Notes under the pieces: model-generated
Databases searched by the model: none
What the model was told of the DNA's origin: nothing
What the model saw: the letters and a program-made list of their open reading frames with translations, nothing else
Part shown: positions 11,601-25,384 of the stretch, one piece after another
Layout of the letters: every line of letters starts with the position of its first letter
Numbering within the stretch: position 1 is the first letter of the stretch
Program-made: the position numbers and the translations under genes
NCBI RefSeq assembly: GCF_025526975.1
Contig: NW_026515694.1
Location: 310,001 to 374,000, forward strand
Length of the DNA: 64,000 nt
DNA from: Fimicolochytrium jonesii
Lineage: Eukaryota
Reading direction: 5' to 3'

Positions 11601-14600
11601 CCTATCATTGTGGAACCAGGACAGACGCATAGTCTTTACGGAGGAGGAACCTCCGGAAAGCGTAATCAAACGACCACTGAAAATGACGAAGGACTGGATG
11701 GATCCGGCGGCGGAACAAATACAGAAGCCGATGCAGAACTTGCCTTCGGAGAGCTTCATAGCAACTTGGAGGCGTCGGCATCTCCGACGTCGCTTCCCGA
11801 AGAAACGATACAAGATATTGTTCGGGATAGAATTCAGATGGAGGATTGCATCAAAGGCTTCGTTATTGATGGGCTCGAGAGCAAATTTGGTCCTCCAGTC
11901 GCAATCCTGAGGGCAATTCTGCGATGCATTCCGGAAAAAGCCAAGAGGCCTCTGTTCTTCAATCTGGCAACCGACGCGTTGCACATCCGCGAAAGGGAGG
12001 CGAATGCTCAACGCCTTGGGGTGGAGAAAGACCCAGATTTGGTTCCCGTGCAGGAACTAACCGAGGACGAGTATGACGCACTTAACGAAGAGGACCGAGG
12101 GAGGTACGATCGGAAAATATCCAAATATCGAAAGCTGTTGAAGGAGCAGCAAGATCGAAAGAAGCAGGAACGCAGACTCTGGGAAGAGGAGCTAGCACTA
12201 CGAGTGAACGAGCGGAAAGCGGAGGAGGAAAGGGCGAGAAATAAGAAGAAGAGACCGCCTATCACGCGAGGCGTCACTGAGAAGACTGAGCCAGGAAGGG
12301 TAGGTCCAACACCGCTTGGTCGAGCAGATGTCGGTAGGCTCCGAGGGTCCTCGGTCTCGGTTGCGCCTGTCGCTCCAGAAATACGTCCAGGAACTCTTTC
12401 ACCTAAGTCGTTGGCTAAGCGACACGCACTGGATCGTTATGAGAAAGGCTCGGAGCGAGCTCGTAGTGAGGCTGGTGAACGGGAGATGGGAGATGAACTG
12501 TCCTCGCGGTTCACACTATCGGAAGGGGGAGAGCTCTTTCAAAACGAAAGCACCTATCGGCGGGTCGATAGTTATAGTTCAACCTTGGAGTCGTTAATCG
12601 CATTGCTGAAAGAAGGGGACCTCAAGCCAATAGCTGTTCGTCCGATAGTGCCTCCTGCACCGGTCGACAAGAAGGCAACGAAGTCAAAGTCGGGGGCACC
12701 AGGCAACGTTGCGACCGAGGTGACTACTGTACTGCAGAGTACCGTTCTCGAAACCGAGCAACAAGAGGATTCGTCAAGTCGATGCTTAATCGAGATCAAT
12801 GCTAACGCCGACGAAGAAGCCGTCTTCAAAGCGATCGCGGAGCACATACCCTCTCCGAAAGCGGGCGACAACTCCGATGATTCTCAGATACCTGAGCCGT
12901 ATCTGGAGCAGATTGTGCAGTATCCGCAGGAGCTTCCCGAAGTCAGCAAGTCCCTGAAATATTTCACCATCTCCGCCGGTAGCGCGCGTGCTCCAGAAGA
13001 TGACTCTATTGTGTCTCGAGAACTCTCGATGGCGGGTCCAGTGCCAAGCATTGGTCTTACCGCCCCCCCGACGAAGGAGAATTTCCGTCGTTCCCACGTG
13101 GCGCCCAAAATTGACGAATCAAAGATTGTGATTGAGACTGAGGATGACGACAAAGATTCAGCGAAGCGCTATCGTTGGATCATTCAACCACACGAGAGAG
13201 AGACGTTCGCGGTTCAATTTGCTTCTATGGAAGTCGGAAAATTCGAGGAGACACTTCATTTCGTCGCGATTGGGGCATCGGGCAGATTCACGTTATCTTG
13301 TGCTGGTCACTGCCAGTACGCAGCGATTGTGACGGAGCCTAAGAAGGTATTCAACAAATGCAGAAAATCGAAAGACGAGAAAACCATTGTTCAAGGAGAA
13401 TACATAGCATCCATCGGGACCTACGACTTCGGACCTCTGCTGAACAGCAAAGGGCGGGAGAAGTATCAGGAGAGATATCCCGAGAATCATGCGTTGCTAA
13501 ACATCTGCAATCCAAGCAACGCCGAGATCAAGCTGACTGTTGCCCTTCGGAATGATATCAAGGGAGACGTGTTCTTCTTTGAACCAGCATCGATGGACCT
13601 CAGCCCGGGACAAACTGAGAAATTGTCCGTCTGGGCATATCCAAAGACAAACAGCGTTTTCGAGGACACTCTGATTATCTGCATCATGGACAATCCTGAT
13701 CCAGTTTGTTACAAGCTCAGGTGCACTGGAGTAAAACCGGAGCTGGAGGTCGACAAAAAAGCAATCACTTTCGAGAAATTGCTATTGAATAAAACCGAGA
13801 AGCGAGAGTTACACTTGAAGAACAACACGTTATTGCCTGTGGCATGGAAACTTTCCGGGGCAGATGCGCTTGGAGATGAGTTTCAAGTGACACCTCTCGA
13901 GGGTATCCTGGAGCCCACGCAGGAGTGTCTAGTGGAGGCGGATTTCAAAGGAAGCAAGCCGGTAGTCGTCAAGAAGGCTTTCAAGCTTGAAGTGAGCGAC
14001 TCTGAAAAGATCGGCGGGATTGTGCAGGAAGTTCCAATACTTGTGACAGCGGAAGCATATGATGTAGCTGTGGACCTGCACTTCCCTAAAGGATATGAAG
14101 GATTGGACTTCGGCGTCATCAAGGTGTTTGACGAAGGGAAGCAGACCTGTACCCTGAGAAACAAAGGACGATATGAGGTTGGGTATCGCTTCATATTTGA
14201 TGCCAAGGAGGACAGTGATGTCTTCAGCGTTCTTCCGCCACAAGGTATCATACAGCCATCGGAAAAGCCCTACGGCGTTCAGGTCGTTTTCAAAAGCTCA
14301 CGAGAGACGAGCATTCGGGACGTCGTGGCCTGCAAATGCCAGTTTTTTGAGCCAACAAATGGGGAGATCACTGCCGTCATCCCCGTCAAAGTGTCTGCTC
14401 GGGCAGTATTCAGCAAATTCTCCATCTTACCGGTGCGAGATCTTAATTTCGGGGCATTGGTACACGGGACGAAAGCAACTCGGCAGTTCATCATCGAGAA
14501 TCTGGGCGAGTTCGATTTCCGATATTCCATCTATAAACTTGTACAAGCGTTGCTGGACACTAAGCTTGCCGGAAAGAACACACGTGCAAATTCGCGGGCG

Positions 14601-17600
14601 AGCAAGGCGGGAGGTCGCCAGTCCCCTCCACCCACTTCCAAACCTTTGAATCGAAAGGACCTACCCACCAAGCAAGGAGATACGCTTAGCTTCGGGGCAT
14701 TTTCTGTGTCACCGACAGGGGGTGTGGTCGGTGCGGGACAGAAACAGCCCATCATGGTTGAATTTCATTCTGACGCTCCCGGAAGTTTCGAAGAGATCGC
14801 CGCCATTGACATCACGGATCGATCCATGAATGATTATCCGGATGTTTTGGAGTATCGCTTGATAGGCGAGTGCTGCGTTCCAGGAATCAACACAACGGAT
14901 TTCCCCTCTATATTTGAGGAGCACTCCGTATGCAAGCGATTGGAGCTTTTTTCGCTCCGTACAAACTACTACGCGGAAGATGATCGCGTTTTCACCTTTG
15001 GGCCATGTTTAGCTGGACAGCAAGCTCACGGACGATTAAAGTTGTCCAATCCATTCAAAGTCCCTTGTGATGTTAGCGTTACGACAAAGCCCCGAAGCAA
15101 GGCACGGGGCGAAGCAGCGGACTTCGCTTTCGATTCGGATCCAAAGAGACTGACGATACCAAGCCATGAAAGCCGTTATGTCACGGTCTCATTCCATCCA
15201 ATGTTGTTACAATCGTACGCAGGGATCTTTGAGGCGGTCGTTGAAAATGTCACGGAAAGCAAGCACAAAACACTTTCGTTCGAGCTGCGCGGTGAAGGAA
15301 CTCTCCCGCGCGTTATTGTCGATAAGCCCGGGCTTAGATCGAACTTGGGTGTTCCTTGGCTTCAGTTCCGTCGACTAATGATAGGTGCAAGTCAGACTTT
15401 GCCATTAACTGTTCGGAACGACGGAATCATTGGAGCCAAGCTGTCCCTGGACTGGCTCACGAAAGATACTGAGGATTTTGACTGCTCCGGTGTCAATGTC
15501 ACGCACATCTTGAAACCTCAGGAATCCAAAACCTTCGAGGTTCGTTGCCGAGCAAGCAGTGTTCGCAAATTGAATGCGGAACTACGGCTACGGATTCTAG
15601 ACAACACATTCGAGGACACTACCATTCAGATCAGTGGGGAAGGTATTTTGGATGATCTCAGCATAGACGGCTTACCCGGGGAAAACGAAAACGAACTTCA
15701 CTTTGAGGATTGTTTCATCAACGAAATAAAGCACTATCCTTTCAGCATCGCGAATCACTCCCCCGAATACCTTTCGATAGTTTTGGAAGAGCAATTGGGT
15801 TTCACCTTCGCGCCTTCAAGTCTCCATATCCGTCCGAAGGGGAGCAAAGACATCACGGCGTCTTTTGTCACACGTAGCCCTTGCGAGCACAATGGAGTAA
15901 CACTACTCATCAAGGTTGCCCGTATTAGGTATACGGGTCCCATTCCCGAAAATGACTGGGACAACAACATGAAGGCCGTGAGATGGGTGGCAGGGGATCC
16001 TAACCACCTGAGCGCTGCGAAGAAGATCACCGAGCCCACTCCCGAACCCGGACATGAAGTTATCGGCCCTGGTGTCACGCAACGCAATCTGGTCGCGAAA
16101 GCCTTTGCTGACTTCTCAACCTTTGAGTGCGATGTCAAAGATATCAAGTTCAAAGAGACCATGATGTTCCAGACAAGGGCTTACAACGTAGTATTGAGGA
16201 ACCCAGGGAAAGTCAGCTTGCAGTACAAGTTCCGTTTCGTGGAAGACTCTGAAGTCATGGTGCCCGATACAGCCGATTGTCCTTTCAGTATTTCACCTGC
16301 TGCAGGGAAAGTCCTGCCGGGAGAAAGTGTGTCACTAAATTTGAAGTTCTCCCCCATCGACGTGGGTCATTTTTCTGTGGAGCTTTCGGGGACATTCGCG
16401 AATCTGAACGCGAACCAAAAACCGATTCACGCTCAGGTTCAGGGCGCTTCTTCGAGACCATTTTGTCACTTTGAAATTCAGGACAGCGACTATCTAACTC
16501 GCAGGAGTCTGGAGCAAGGGCTGGTCACTGGCGTACCTGCTACTCTTGACCCCAGTACGAAGGTCATTGAGTTCCAATCCTGCGGCATCAAAATCAAGAA
16601 TACGAAGCGCTTCTATCTGCTGAATCCCACAGCATTGAGCTACGGTTTCGAATGGACACACGAGAGTGGGGACTCTCGGGCGTTCAAATGCCTAACGCCG
16701 AAGGGGATTGTCGTATCAGATAAGAAGTATGAAATAGCGTTTGAATATACCCCGGACTCGGTTGACACCAAGGTATGGATCCCAGAGCGTTTGGCATCCG
16801 AAAGTTCGCGGCGAGCATCTCACATATGCTTTCTTAGGAATCTCTGTGGCGAATGGACATTGTGGGCCATCAGATTTCCGTTCATTTCCTCCTTGTGGGT
16901 CAAGCAACGGAGCCGAATGTTTTTGTGGACCGCCCTAGTCTGAATTTCAAGTCGGTACTTGTCCGACGACAAGTGAAGGAAATCATCAAGCTGGTCAACA
17001 ACGAGTCAATACCTTTCGCCTTCGCATTCAGCGAGACCTCGTTTGAGATGAGCCATGAAGGCGCACCCGTGTTGCGATTCAGTCCCACAACTGGAACTGT
17101 GGGTGGAAAGTCAGAACAGCCTATTGAGGTGACTTTCGTTCCATCAGCGGAGAAAATGTTTAACTTCAACTTGGTGTGCAACGTCAAGAAAAAACCATCG
17201 CCTTTGACCATCAATGTGAAAGGGGAAGGATATGAGATTCACGACTCGCTGCATGCCGAGGTACCGGATGGTTCGCTTACAGAGTTCGGGGCAGGATACG
17301 CAGCGCAAAACGTTTTGGATTTTGGATCTGTGCAGCTGAATGAGAAAAGATTGCGGAGGGTTGTAATAGTCAACTCGGGACGTTTTAACTTGGACTATTC
17401 TTGGAAGCTTGCCGGGAAAAAGGCCGGTTTCATCACTATTCGACCCGATTCCGGCACGATACGAAAAGGAGAACGTGTCTTTTGTGAATTGTCCTTCACG
17501 CCTCGGCATCCAATAAGTCTCAAGGACATCAGAGCGACTTGTCAGATTATAAACGGAAAAGTTTACCAGTTGGCGTTGAGTGGCACTGGAGTACGTTCTC

Positions 17601-20370
17601 TGTTGCGTTTATCAAAGCCACTGCATGATTTTGGAACGCACTTCCTCTTCAAGCCTGGGATGGTTGCCCCCACTGCCATCGTGGATATCACGAATGATGA
17701 CATTAGCGAACTAGCTTTGGAAATTCTGCCTTTGGCCTCCTCCATTTTCACACTGAGAAGGACGATCAGTACGCTCGCACCTGGCGAGACGGGCGCGATT
17801 GAGCTTGCCTTCCAGCCAAAGGAAAGTATGGCCTACAACGAAAACGTCAGAATCGAGATCAACGGCCTATCCACTATCGATTTCCCGGTAAAGGGTGAGG
17901 GAACGGAGTACAAAGTGGATGTTCTTCACGCGGAGCACCGTACCGTGCAGTTCGGAGCAATAAGCATCGGCCACACCGTTAGCAAATCCCTCAAGCTTGT
18001 TAATCGGAGCTCCATTCCAGCAACATTCTCGCTGGGTCCTCCCTCGGTTATCGAGAGTCTGCTAGCGCATGCAGTTTCTGTGGGCCCATTGCAGGTCAGT
18101 AACATTCGACCGAAGGGGACTGTAAATGTAGAGTTCGTTTTTCGGCCGCTACAACGCATCCCAGCATTTTCGGAAGAGTTGCTCTTGGAAGTTCCTGGCA
18201 TTTCCAAGCCAATTGCACAAATCACAGGCGCATGCCAAGGGATTGAAGTGAGGTTGGAGAATGACACTCTCCCTTTCGGCGCGGTGGTGATCAAGAGCAG
18301 CGCAACCCGTCGCCTACAGCTTCAGAATTCCGGGGACATTGGAACGACGTTCCGTTGGGAAGTAAAACAGTTCCTTCCGGACTTCTCGATATCACCATCC
18401 GAAGGCTATATATCACCGGGCATGGAGGTATCTTTAGAGATCACCTTTCATCCTCTTGAGTTCAATGCAGACATCCGATACGAAAACTTGCTGTGTCGCG
18501 TTGACGGAATGTCATCGGCTCTCAGTCTAACTTTGAGTGGGATGTGTGTACCGCCACCGGTGCATAACGAAGTGCTGAAATTCTCAGCTCCCGTTAGACA
18601 ATCTGAAAGCAAAAGTATCCCGCTTACCAATAGAAGCTCGATTCACTGGCATGTGCGACCTATCATTGAGAACGAATGTTGGAGCGGTCCCGAGATCATT
18701 GACATTGAGCCAGGGCAGACAAAGCAGTATGACATTGTTTTCACTCCGTTGGAAATGGTCGGTACTGGAGATGGAGGACGACACGAGGGATCAGTATTCT
18801 TCCCGCTGCCAGATGGGACAGGCACGCTGTACAAACTGTATGGCGCCGCAGACAAGCCTGGCCCTGCTGGAAATATCTCACGCGACGTGCCATGCAAGAC
18901 GCTCTACACGGAGGTCCTACCCGTGATGAACTGGTTGAAGCGAACACAAAAGCTCAAAGTTTCCATGGAGTTGGCAAAACCGGATCCTAGTGTCGTTCTC
19001 AAGGGACACGACTTCATTGAGCTTCCGGCACTTCTCAGCAAGGATTACAAACTCTCATTCTACGCATACAAAGAGGGAGTTACTAGTGTCAAGGTTATCT
19101 TCAAGAATGAAACCTCACAAGAATACACGTATTACAACATAACATTCCGAAGTACATCCGCGGGAGTTATCGCAACGTACGAACTCTTGACGTCTGTTCG
19201 ACAAAGTCTCACGAAGGAAATCACCGTCACGAATCCTCTACCGACAGCAGTCGCTTTCACGATCACCTGCAACTCCACAGACATAACAGTGCCGCACTCA
19301 ATCTCAATTCTACCAAAGTATGTTATGAAGTTCATGCTTCTATGTCGCAGGAAGGAGGTTGCATAGTTTTCTGATTTTTGCTTCAAAATATAGGTCCGAT
19401 GCAGTGGTTCCTCTCGAGTTCCTCCCACTTCATCCACGCGAAGCAGTGGCACGCCTGACACTGCAATCGAATGAGCTGGGGTCGTATTTATACGATCTCA
19501 AGCTTGTAGCAAGCAGTGCTGCGCCTGAGCGGAGTCTGCACTTCAAGGTTGGACTTGGTGGAAGCCAGACCCAAACTTTCAGGTTTATGAGCTTTGCGAA
19601 GGTGAAAACCGAGTACAACTGCAGATTGGAAAGTTCGGATTTCGCTTGTGAAAAAACTGTTCTCGCCACCGCTGGTACGTAACGCCGAATGCATCTTTAA
19701 CATTGTGATATCCTTCTCTGATTCGCCAATGCGATTCAGCTTCAAATAGCGGCACAGAGGTCTCGTTAGACATCACTTACGAACCGTCCAGATTGGGTGA
19801 CGTTCGGACTCAGCTCATTATCACTTCCACGACGGGAGGGGACTTTGTATGTCCATTATTTGGGCATTGCGTTATCCCTCGACCGCAAGGGCCGATCGTC
19901 ATCAAAGCAGGAACACCAACTCTCATTCCCTTCCGGAACGTTTTCAATTCCTCGGCAACCTATACTCTCGTGGTGGTGGGTAGAGCCTTCCGTGTCTTCA
20001 AAGCCCCCGTGACAGAGTCTGACGTGCATTTTTTCAATAGGACAATGCCGCCTTCGCTGTGAAAGGGGCGGAGACGATTGGGGCCAAGAAAACCACCCAG
20101 ATATCAGTCTCTTACAAACCCTTCTCTCCAGCCCCTTATGGCAGTGAGAAGGCAGACGAAAAGGAAAGCTCGACTGTTGGAGGTGGTGGAGGCTCCAGAA
20201 GGGAACGAGCTGAAAAAGGAAAGGAGAAGGACAAAGGGGCAGAACCACAATCTGTGGCGACAGTGCAGTCTGCGCGGGCTCGGGTTGGACCCGGTGCTAA
20301 GGTTGGGAAGCTGATGATCAGTCACTCGGAAAGCAACGTGGTGTGGATATATTACTTGAGGGCGACTTGA
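5648..20370 (+). CDS. HYDIN: Hydin, flagellar central-pair protein (~4764 aa, many ASH/Ig-like domains)
   Basis: Exons 5648-6160, 6251-6673, 6741-16772, 16838-19317, 19394-19674, 19740-19975 and 20041-20370 with GT-AG introns sum to 14295 nt in frame. Hydin motifs: LFQPFPS, KVAPGM, ELTEDEYDAL, YDFGPLL, PFCHFEI..SDY, terminal WIYYLR; repeated (L/V)xFG...N ASH domains. Confidence 0.95.
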
Positions 20371-20652
20371 GTGAAATTAGCAGTCCCCTTGTACATATGT
20401 AACTGGCATATTGTAACCTGCAACATGTAATGTATCTACCGTTAAGATAAGAGAGCTGTATAAAAGCCGAACAATGACAGCGTTCAGGTGATGGGCAAAG
20501 GGAGCGGAGGGAGATGTCAATTTCTTACGTCATCCCCCCGATACGCTGTCAAATGCAACTACGTGCCGCGAACAGCTGTCAGATTTGGCAGCACCTTCCT
20601 TAAAACGCAGAGCGTTAGATCTAGAGGTGCTGGTTGCGATACAGTACACTGA

Positions 20653-23600
20653 ATGATGTCGAGAGCAGACTTACAATACAGAAGTGGTGCCTCGCTTCCG
20701 CCCATAGAAGAACCGCGAACACCGCCAGCACCGCTGGAACGGAAACTTTCAGAAAAATCCGTCGCTGAGAGAGGAGGCACTTCGTTCCGCCATGAGCGAA
20801 GTAAAGCATCATCCAGGACGTACGGTTACTCACTTCCCGAACTACGACGACCAAACGAATCTCCAAAAAGCTCCTCTCAACATGCAAAATCTTTGGGGTC
20901 TCTTGTGAGAGCTCGGGACGCACCGATTCGCGAGGTAGTCGATGGAGATGGAGTGTTGACAGGGTTCAGCCGAGGATTCCTGGGTTTTTCCAAGGGCTTT
21001 CAGCCGAAGACAGTGACAATTAGCAAAAAACCGGGGACCGAAAAGCGTGAGACAATAAGCCTGGACATTCCATCGATTGATGAACTCCGATCGCACCAAC
21101 ACGTTGTCCCGGGAAGCTCGGCAGTGGATCCAGATGAGAGCAAAACCTTCGAGGATGCGGGCGCCAGTCATGCATCCAATAGCATGATTGTAGGAAGATG
21201 GTCGTCAAATGGGCCTCAGGATCGACGCTTTTCGTACCCTATCTACCGGTTCCACGTAGAAAGAACGGACAGCAACGCTGGAATCTTGTGGCAAGCCACC
21301 AAGCTTGTGGCCCCTGAACTGGAAGTCCCGGGCATCCTGGAAATAGATGCCAATTCTTTGAGTGTACAAAACAAGCACCTCGAGCCCGTCAAGGAACATC
21401 CGGTCCTCATTTCGAACTCCATGCACCCTTACACCGATGAGGAGCTCAAGATTCTCGCACGTATTGAATCTCGATTTGCATTCCTTCCAAATCCGAGATT
21501 CCACATAAAACGGCGTTTCATGAAACGAACTGCTTCTGAAACAAGGGAGATATCGGTATTCAAACCTCCTGGAATAGATAGAAAATGGCTCTCGAAGGAG
21601 AGAAGTCAGTGTCTGGTTGCCGCAGGTTCTAAAGCTGCCGAAGATGGGAGACACATGACGGATTCTCCCATTCTCTCCATGCCTGCTACGGTCTTCTTCA
21701 CGGATTACGCACCAGGAAACGTTTATGAGAAAGAAGTGATTATCAAAAACGTATCTAGTCAATCACGCCGCTTTCGCCTGAGTGCGCCGCCACCTTATAC
21801 TCGATCACCTGTGTTTGCGATCAGTCTGATTTCCGCACCTGCCGATCATGGAATCAACGGACTAGTTGCGCCCGGGATGAGCTTGCGGTATCGGGTCTCT
21901 TTTAAGCCGACTTCACTGGCTACTTGTCGGGAAAGCTTCATTGTTTCGACTGAAACAGGGAACATATTTACGATTCCTTTCATTGCGCAAAGAGAGCCCC
22001 CGTCGCTGACTTTACCGGGCATCTTGGACTTCGGCCCAAGTCGAGCGGGGTTTGCAAATCTGCGAGTTTGGGAAGTAAAAAATGAAGGAGGACCAGGCCG
22101 ATTCCTTATTGTTCCGGAGCACGTAAAAGTGGACCCTTTCACCGTATTCGATGCTATGGGCGATATGGAAAAGTACGGAAGCACCACAAGTTCTCTGTTC
22201 GAAATTTTCCCCACGTTCTTGTGTCTCAAGAAGGGAGAAACATGTCAGCTCATTGTTCGCTACTCTCCTCCGGGTTTGAATCCGGAAGAGTTTCCTCAGG
22301 GTAGATCGGATGAGTCTCTGTTCAAGTTGGTGTGTGACAACTGCATCGTGACAGACATGCCCCTGAGAGGCATGGCTCAGAACCCCCGCCTGAAAGTCAA
22401 GAAGATCGAATGCGCCGACGAGGTCATTGAGGCGGAAGGCGCAACGATTGGAAATCTTCTCAACTATGACGCCTACATCCCTTTCGGAGCACAGAATCTG
22501 CAAGCGACGACGACATACTCGGTAACTATTCACAACGAGTCAATGATACGTTTGCCCTATTCCTGGGACGTATTTGATGTACCCCCCGACAAGATGAGCG
22601 CGAGCGACCTGCTCCATGGAAACTCTGAGTTCCAGGTTATCCCCTCAAGAGGGTGGCTGGCCCCTCACGAGGACACGGTTTTCAAGATTGCCTTCACGCC
22701 GGAAACGTTCAAGTGCTTTGACGTTGTTTGTGCTCTGCACCTGCTGCACAGCGATCGGCGGAAGACGGTCAGTCCCAAATCCAGTCAGGACGCCCGCAAG
22801 CGAAGTTATGGCTCAGCTCTGTGGCTGCGATGCACAAGTCAAAGCGTTCCTTTCCGCGTACACATCACCCCGGAAATACTTCAGGTGCCGGACACACTCT
22901 TCACAGGGTCGACATACACAGCGGATTTTCACATCACTAACGAAAGTGCATCTCCGATTACTTTTTCATGGGAGGTGGAAGATGTGAATGAGAATACCAT
23001 GCATATCGGTGTCTCCCCGGCTTCAGGGGTCCTGAATGCAGCAGCTTGTGCGAAAGCTAAGATGCAATTCATAGGACTCTTCCCTGGCACAGTAAAGGGA
23101 ACTCTGGCTTGCAAAATTGCCAATGGACCTACGGTGCGGATACCAGTGATTGCCGAAGTGGCACTGGCGCCGGGAGCCTTGAATTTTGCGCTGCCTGTCG
23201 TTGATTTTGGTCTTATGCGACTAGGATCCTCGAAGAAGATCGATGTGCCTCTGGTCAGCCGTGCACCGATACCCTTGCAATGGCGCGCGAGAGTTTATAG
23301 GCACAGTCCTGAGAAAAAGCAGAATGACTGCTATATGTCTTACGAACCATCCCAGGGGCTACTTGCACCAAACTCCACACAAATCATCAGTATGACATGT
23401 GTACCCACATGGTATCAGGACTTGCGTGCAGTGTTGGAGTGTGTCGTTGTCGACGACGGGGAGCCTATCGTGCCCTTGTCAGTAGAACGCAACTTCTCCG
23501 CGGCAACCAGCAAAACCCAGCCCGTGGCGGAGAGCTTCTCTGGGAGGAGCGTGGCAGTGGGGGCCGTTGAGATCAGAGCTCAAGCTCAGACACCCAAAGC

Positions 23601-25167
23601 AAAAATCCTCTGTCCTCACAATGCGCTGTCGGGATTCGTCGGCGTACCATGCGAGTATCAAGTCACTATCGAGAATGAATCCCTTCTGGCAGCCGGATTC
23701 AAATGGATCGGGTTGCAATCTTCCGAATGCAGCGTGTCCTTCGAACCGCAAACGGGCTGCATTCCGGGCGGTCAATCGGTGGACATCAAAGTGCGAGTCG
23801 TCGCACACATTGTTGGCGAACTGAATAAAACATTCGCGTGCCAGATCGATGGAATGGTCGAGTCGGATGGTGTCGTCGAAATCACTATGGACCTTGAAGT
23901 TTTTGGTATCAATCTGACTTTCCATATCCAATCTTCAGAACCTGTTTTAGCTGCTGTCTCAGAAGATGCTTTAGGTTCTCTGTCGTTCGACTTCGGCATG
24001 GACTGTCCGATATTCGCGGAGCGCCATAGCACATTGACTATACACAACCGCTCTGCGATCAGCGCCCCTTTCCAAGTGGCCGTACAGAAATACAGGGCAA
24101 CCAATCCACCTGAGGGGCCTCTCGGTCAGCAGGATGGAGATGGGCGGAGCCTCAAATCGGGCGTCGGGCAAGCTACTGGTCAACTCAGTGGATCGAACCC
24201 CCTCCTGCCGCTAAGCTACGACGAGCCTCTAGGGTTCAGTTCGAAAACCGGTGTACAATACATCTCGGAAATCAAAGAAGTCAGGCGGCTGATCAAACGA
24301 ATGGATGAATTGCTACGTGAGGGTCGCGGGGCGGCATTTCATTCCTCGCCGACCAACGGAACAATCGGACCATGGGGCACCGTTCAGATTCGCGTTACAT
24401 CCTACAATAATCTTGTGGGCCTCTACGAAGACAATCTCATGTGCGACGTGAGAGGCTGGCCGTCCCTATCGATTCCCATTCGGCTGGGCGTTGTGGGACT
24501 TCCGGTTCGATTTTTTGGGGCTCATCTGGTCGCAAAGCCAAAGAATTCCGTTGACGTGCTCCCGCGCGTGAACTTTGGAACACGCCTGAATAGCCTTACA
24601 TTCGGTAGTACGGATGGCGTTCGACTCTATCCATACCCGCGAAGCGATATGACGGACGATCAGATGCAGGAGCTGATTGACACGGAAGCCTATAGCAAAG
24701 TTATCAACATCGAGAACCAGACGCCACGGGACATGAAGTTCAGCTGGATACTGTACATCAAGCATACGCCAGGAGGAACCGGTGTATCTCCATCGATCGA
24801 AGAGATCATTAGTCCAGAGAACAGGCTGGACCCTGATCAATTGAGCACCTTCGGTGTTTATCCAGCCACTCTGGTTCTTCCCGCATTCAGATCCACGTCG
24901 ATTCGAATCTTCTTCCGAAGTGCTACGGTGGGGGCTTCCGATTGTCTTTTGGTTGCAGATGTCGGATATATCCAAAAAGGCGGAGCGCCACTATACGGGC
25001 ATGGTCGGAAGGAATCTACACGTTATCCCGCCACCGATTCCTCGTTCCCGGCCAGTTATTTGAAGTCCATGGCTTGTGTTCATATCCAGGGTCGTGCTAT
25101 CGAGCAGTGGAGTAACTCCGGCAATGGGGGAGACCAACTCATTTCCACACATGTCGAGGATTCTTGA
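20653..25167 (+). CDS. DLEC1: DLEC1 / CFAP81-like ASH-domain central-apparatus protein
   Basis: 1504-aa intronless ORF. FLPNPRF, VFFTDY..G.VYE, GLVAPGMS..Y.V.F.P, N.GGPGRF, LVCDNC and YNNLVGLYEDNLMC match the DLEC1 layout. The C-terminus may be short. Confidence 0.8.
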   Translation: MMSRADLQYRSGASLPPIEEPRTPPAPLERKLSEKSVAERGGTSFRHERSKASSRTYGYSLPELRRPNESPKSSSQHAKSLGSLVRARDAPIREVVDGDGVLTGFSRGFLGFSKGFQPKTVTISKKPGTEKRETISLDIPSIDELRSHQHVVPGSSAVDPDESKTFEDAGASHASNSMIVGRWSSNGPQDRRFSYPIYRFHVERTDSNAGILWQATKLVAPELEVPGILEIDANSLSVQNKHLEPVKEHPVLISNSMHPYTDEELKILARIESRFAFLPNPRFHIKRRFMKRTASETREISVFKPPGIDRKWLSKERSQCLVAAGSKAAEDGRHMTDSPILSMPATVFFTDYAPGNVYEKEVIIKNVSSQSRRFRLSAPPPYTRSPVFAISLISAPADHGINGLVAPGMSLRYRVSFKPTSLATCRESFIVSTETGNIFTIPFIAQREPPSLTLPGILDFGPSRAGFANLRVWEVKNEGGPGRFLIVPEHVKVDPFTVFDAMGDMEKYGSTTSSLFEIFPTFLCLKKGETCQLIVRYSPPGLNPEEFPQGRSDESLFKLVCDNCIVTDMPLRGMAQNPRLKVKKIECADEVIEAEGATIGNLLNYDAYIPFGAQNLQATTTYSVTIHNESMIRLPYSWDVFDVPPDKMSASDLLHGNSEFQVIPSRGWLAPHEDTVFKIAFTPETFKCFDVVCALHLLHSDRRKTVSPKSSQDARKRSYGSALWLRCTSQSVPFRVHITPEILQVPDTLFTGSTYTADFHITNESASPITFSWEVEDVNENTMHIGVSPASGVLNAAACAKAKMQFIGLFPGTVKGTLACKIANGPTVRIPVIAEVALAPGALNFALPVVDFGLMRLGSSKKIDVPLVSRAPIPLQWRARVYRHSPEKKQNDCYMSYEPSQGLLAPNSTQIISMTCVPTWYQDLRAVLECVVVDDGEPIVPLSVERNFSAATSKTQPVAESFSGRSVAVGAVEIRAQAQTPKAKILCPHNALSGFVGVPCEYQVTIENESLLAAGFKWIGLQSSECSVSFEPQTGCIPGGQSVDIKVRVVAHIVGELNKTFACQIDGMVESDGVVEITMDLEVFGINLTFHIQSSEPVLAAVSEDALGSLSFDFGMDCPIFAERHSTLTIHNRSAISAPFQVAVQKYRATNPPEGPLGQQDGDGRSLKSGVGQATGQLSGSNPLLPLSYDEPLGFSSKTGVQYISEIKEVRRLIKRMDELLREGRGAAFHSSPTNGTIGPWGTVQIRVTSYNNLVGLYEDNLMCDVRGWPSLSIPIRLGVVGLPVRFFGAHLVAKPKNSVDVLPRVNFGTRLNSLTFGSTDGVRLYPYPRSDMTDDQMQELIDTEAYSKVINIENQTPRDMKFSWILYIKHTPGGTGVSPSIEEIISPENRLDPDQLSTFGVYPATLVLPAFRSTSIRIFFRSATVGASDCLLVADVGYIQKGGAPLYGHGRKESTRYPATDSSFPASYLKSMACVHIQGRAIEQWSNSGNGGDQLISTHVEDS

Positions 25168-25384
25168 TAACCTAAGAGCACTGTTTTCCGTGTATCTATA
25201 TAATGTACATACGTCTTCTTGGGACCGTTAACAAAGCTACATACAAATGTACTATATGAGGCTGCATTTCAGAATCTACAGAAGCTCCGCAAAAGTTCCG
25301 ACGAATTCGTATTTAGATGCTCTGATTGCATGATATTAGCTGTTCGTTTGAAGGACAACGACGCTTGCGAGGACAAAACGTGAA

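Noticed and set aside
16773..16943. Overlap of the 3390-aa and 837-aa ORFs suggesting a frameshift or two genes
   Set aside because: Fully explained by a 65-nt GT-AG intron (16773-16837) in HYDIN.
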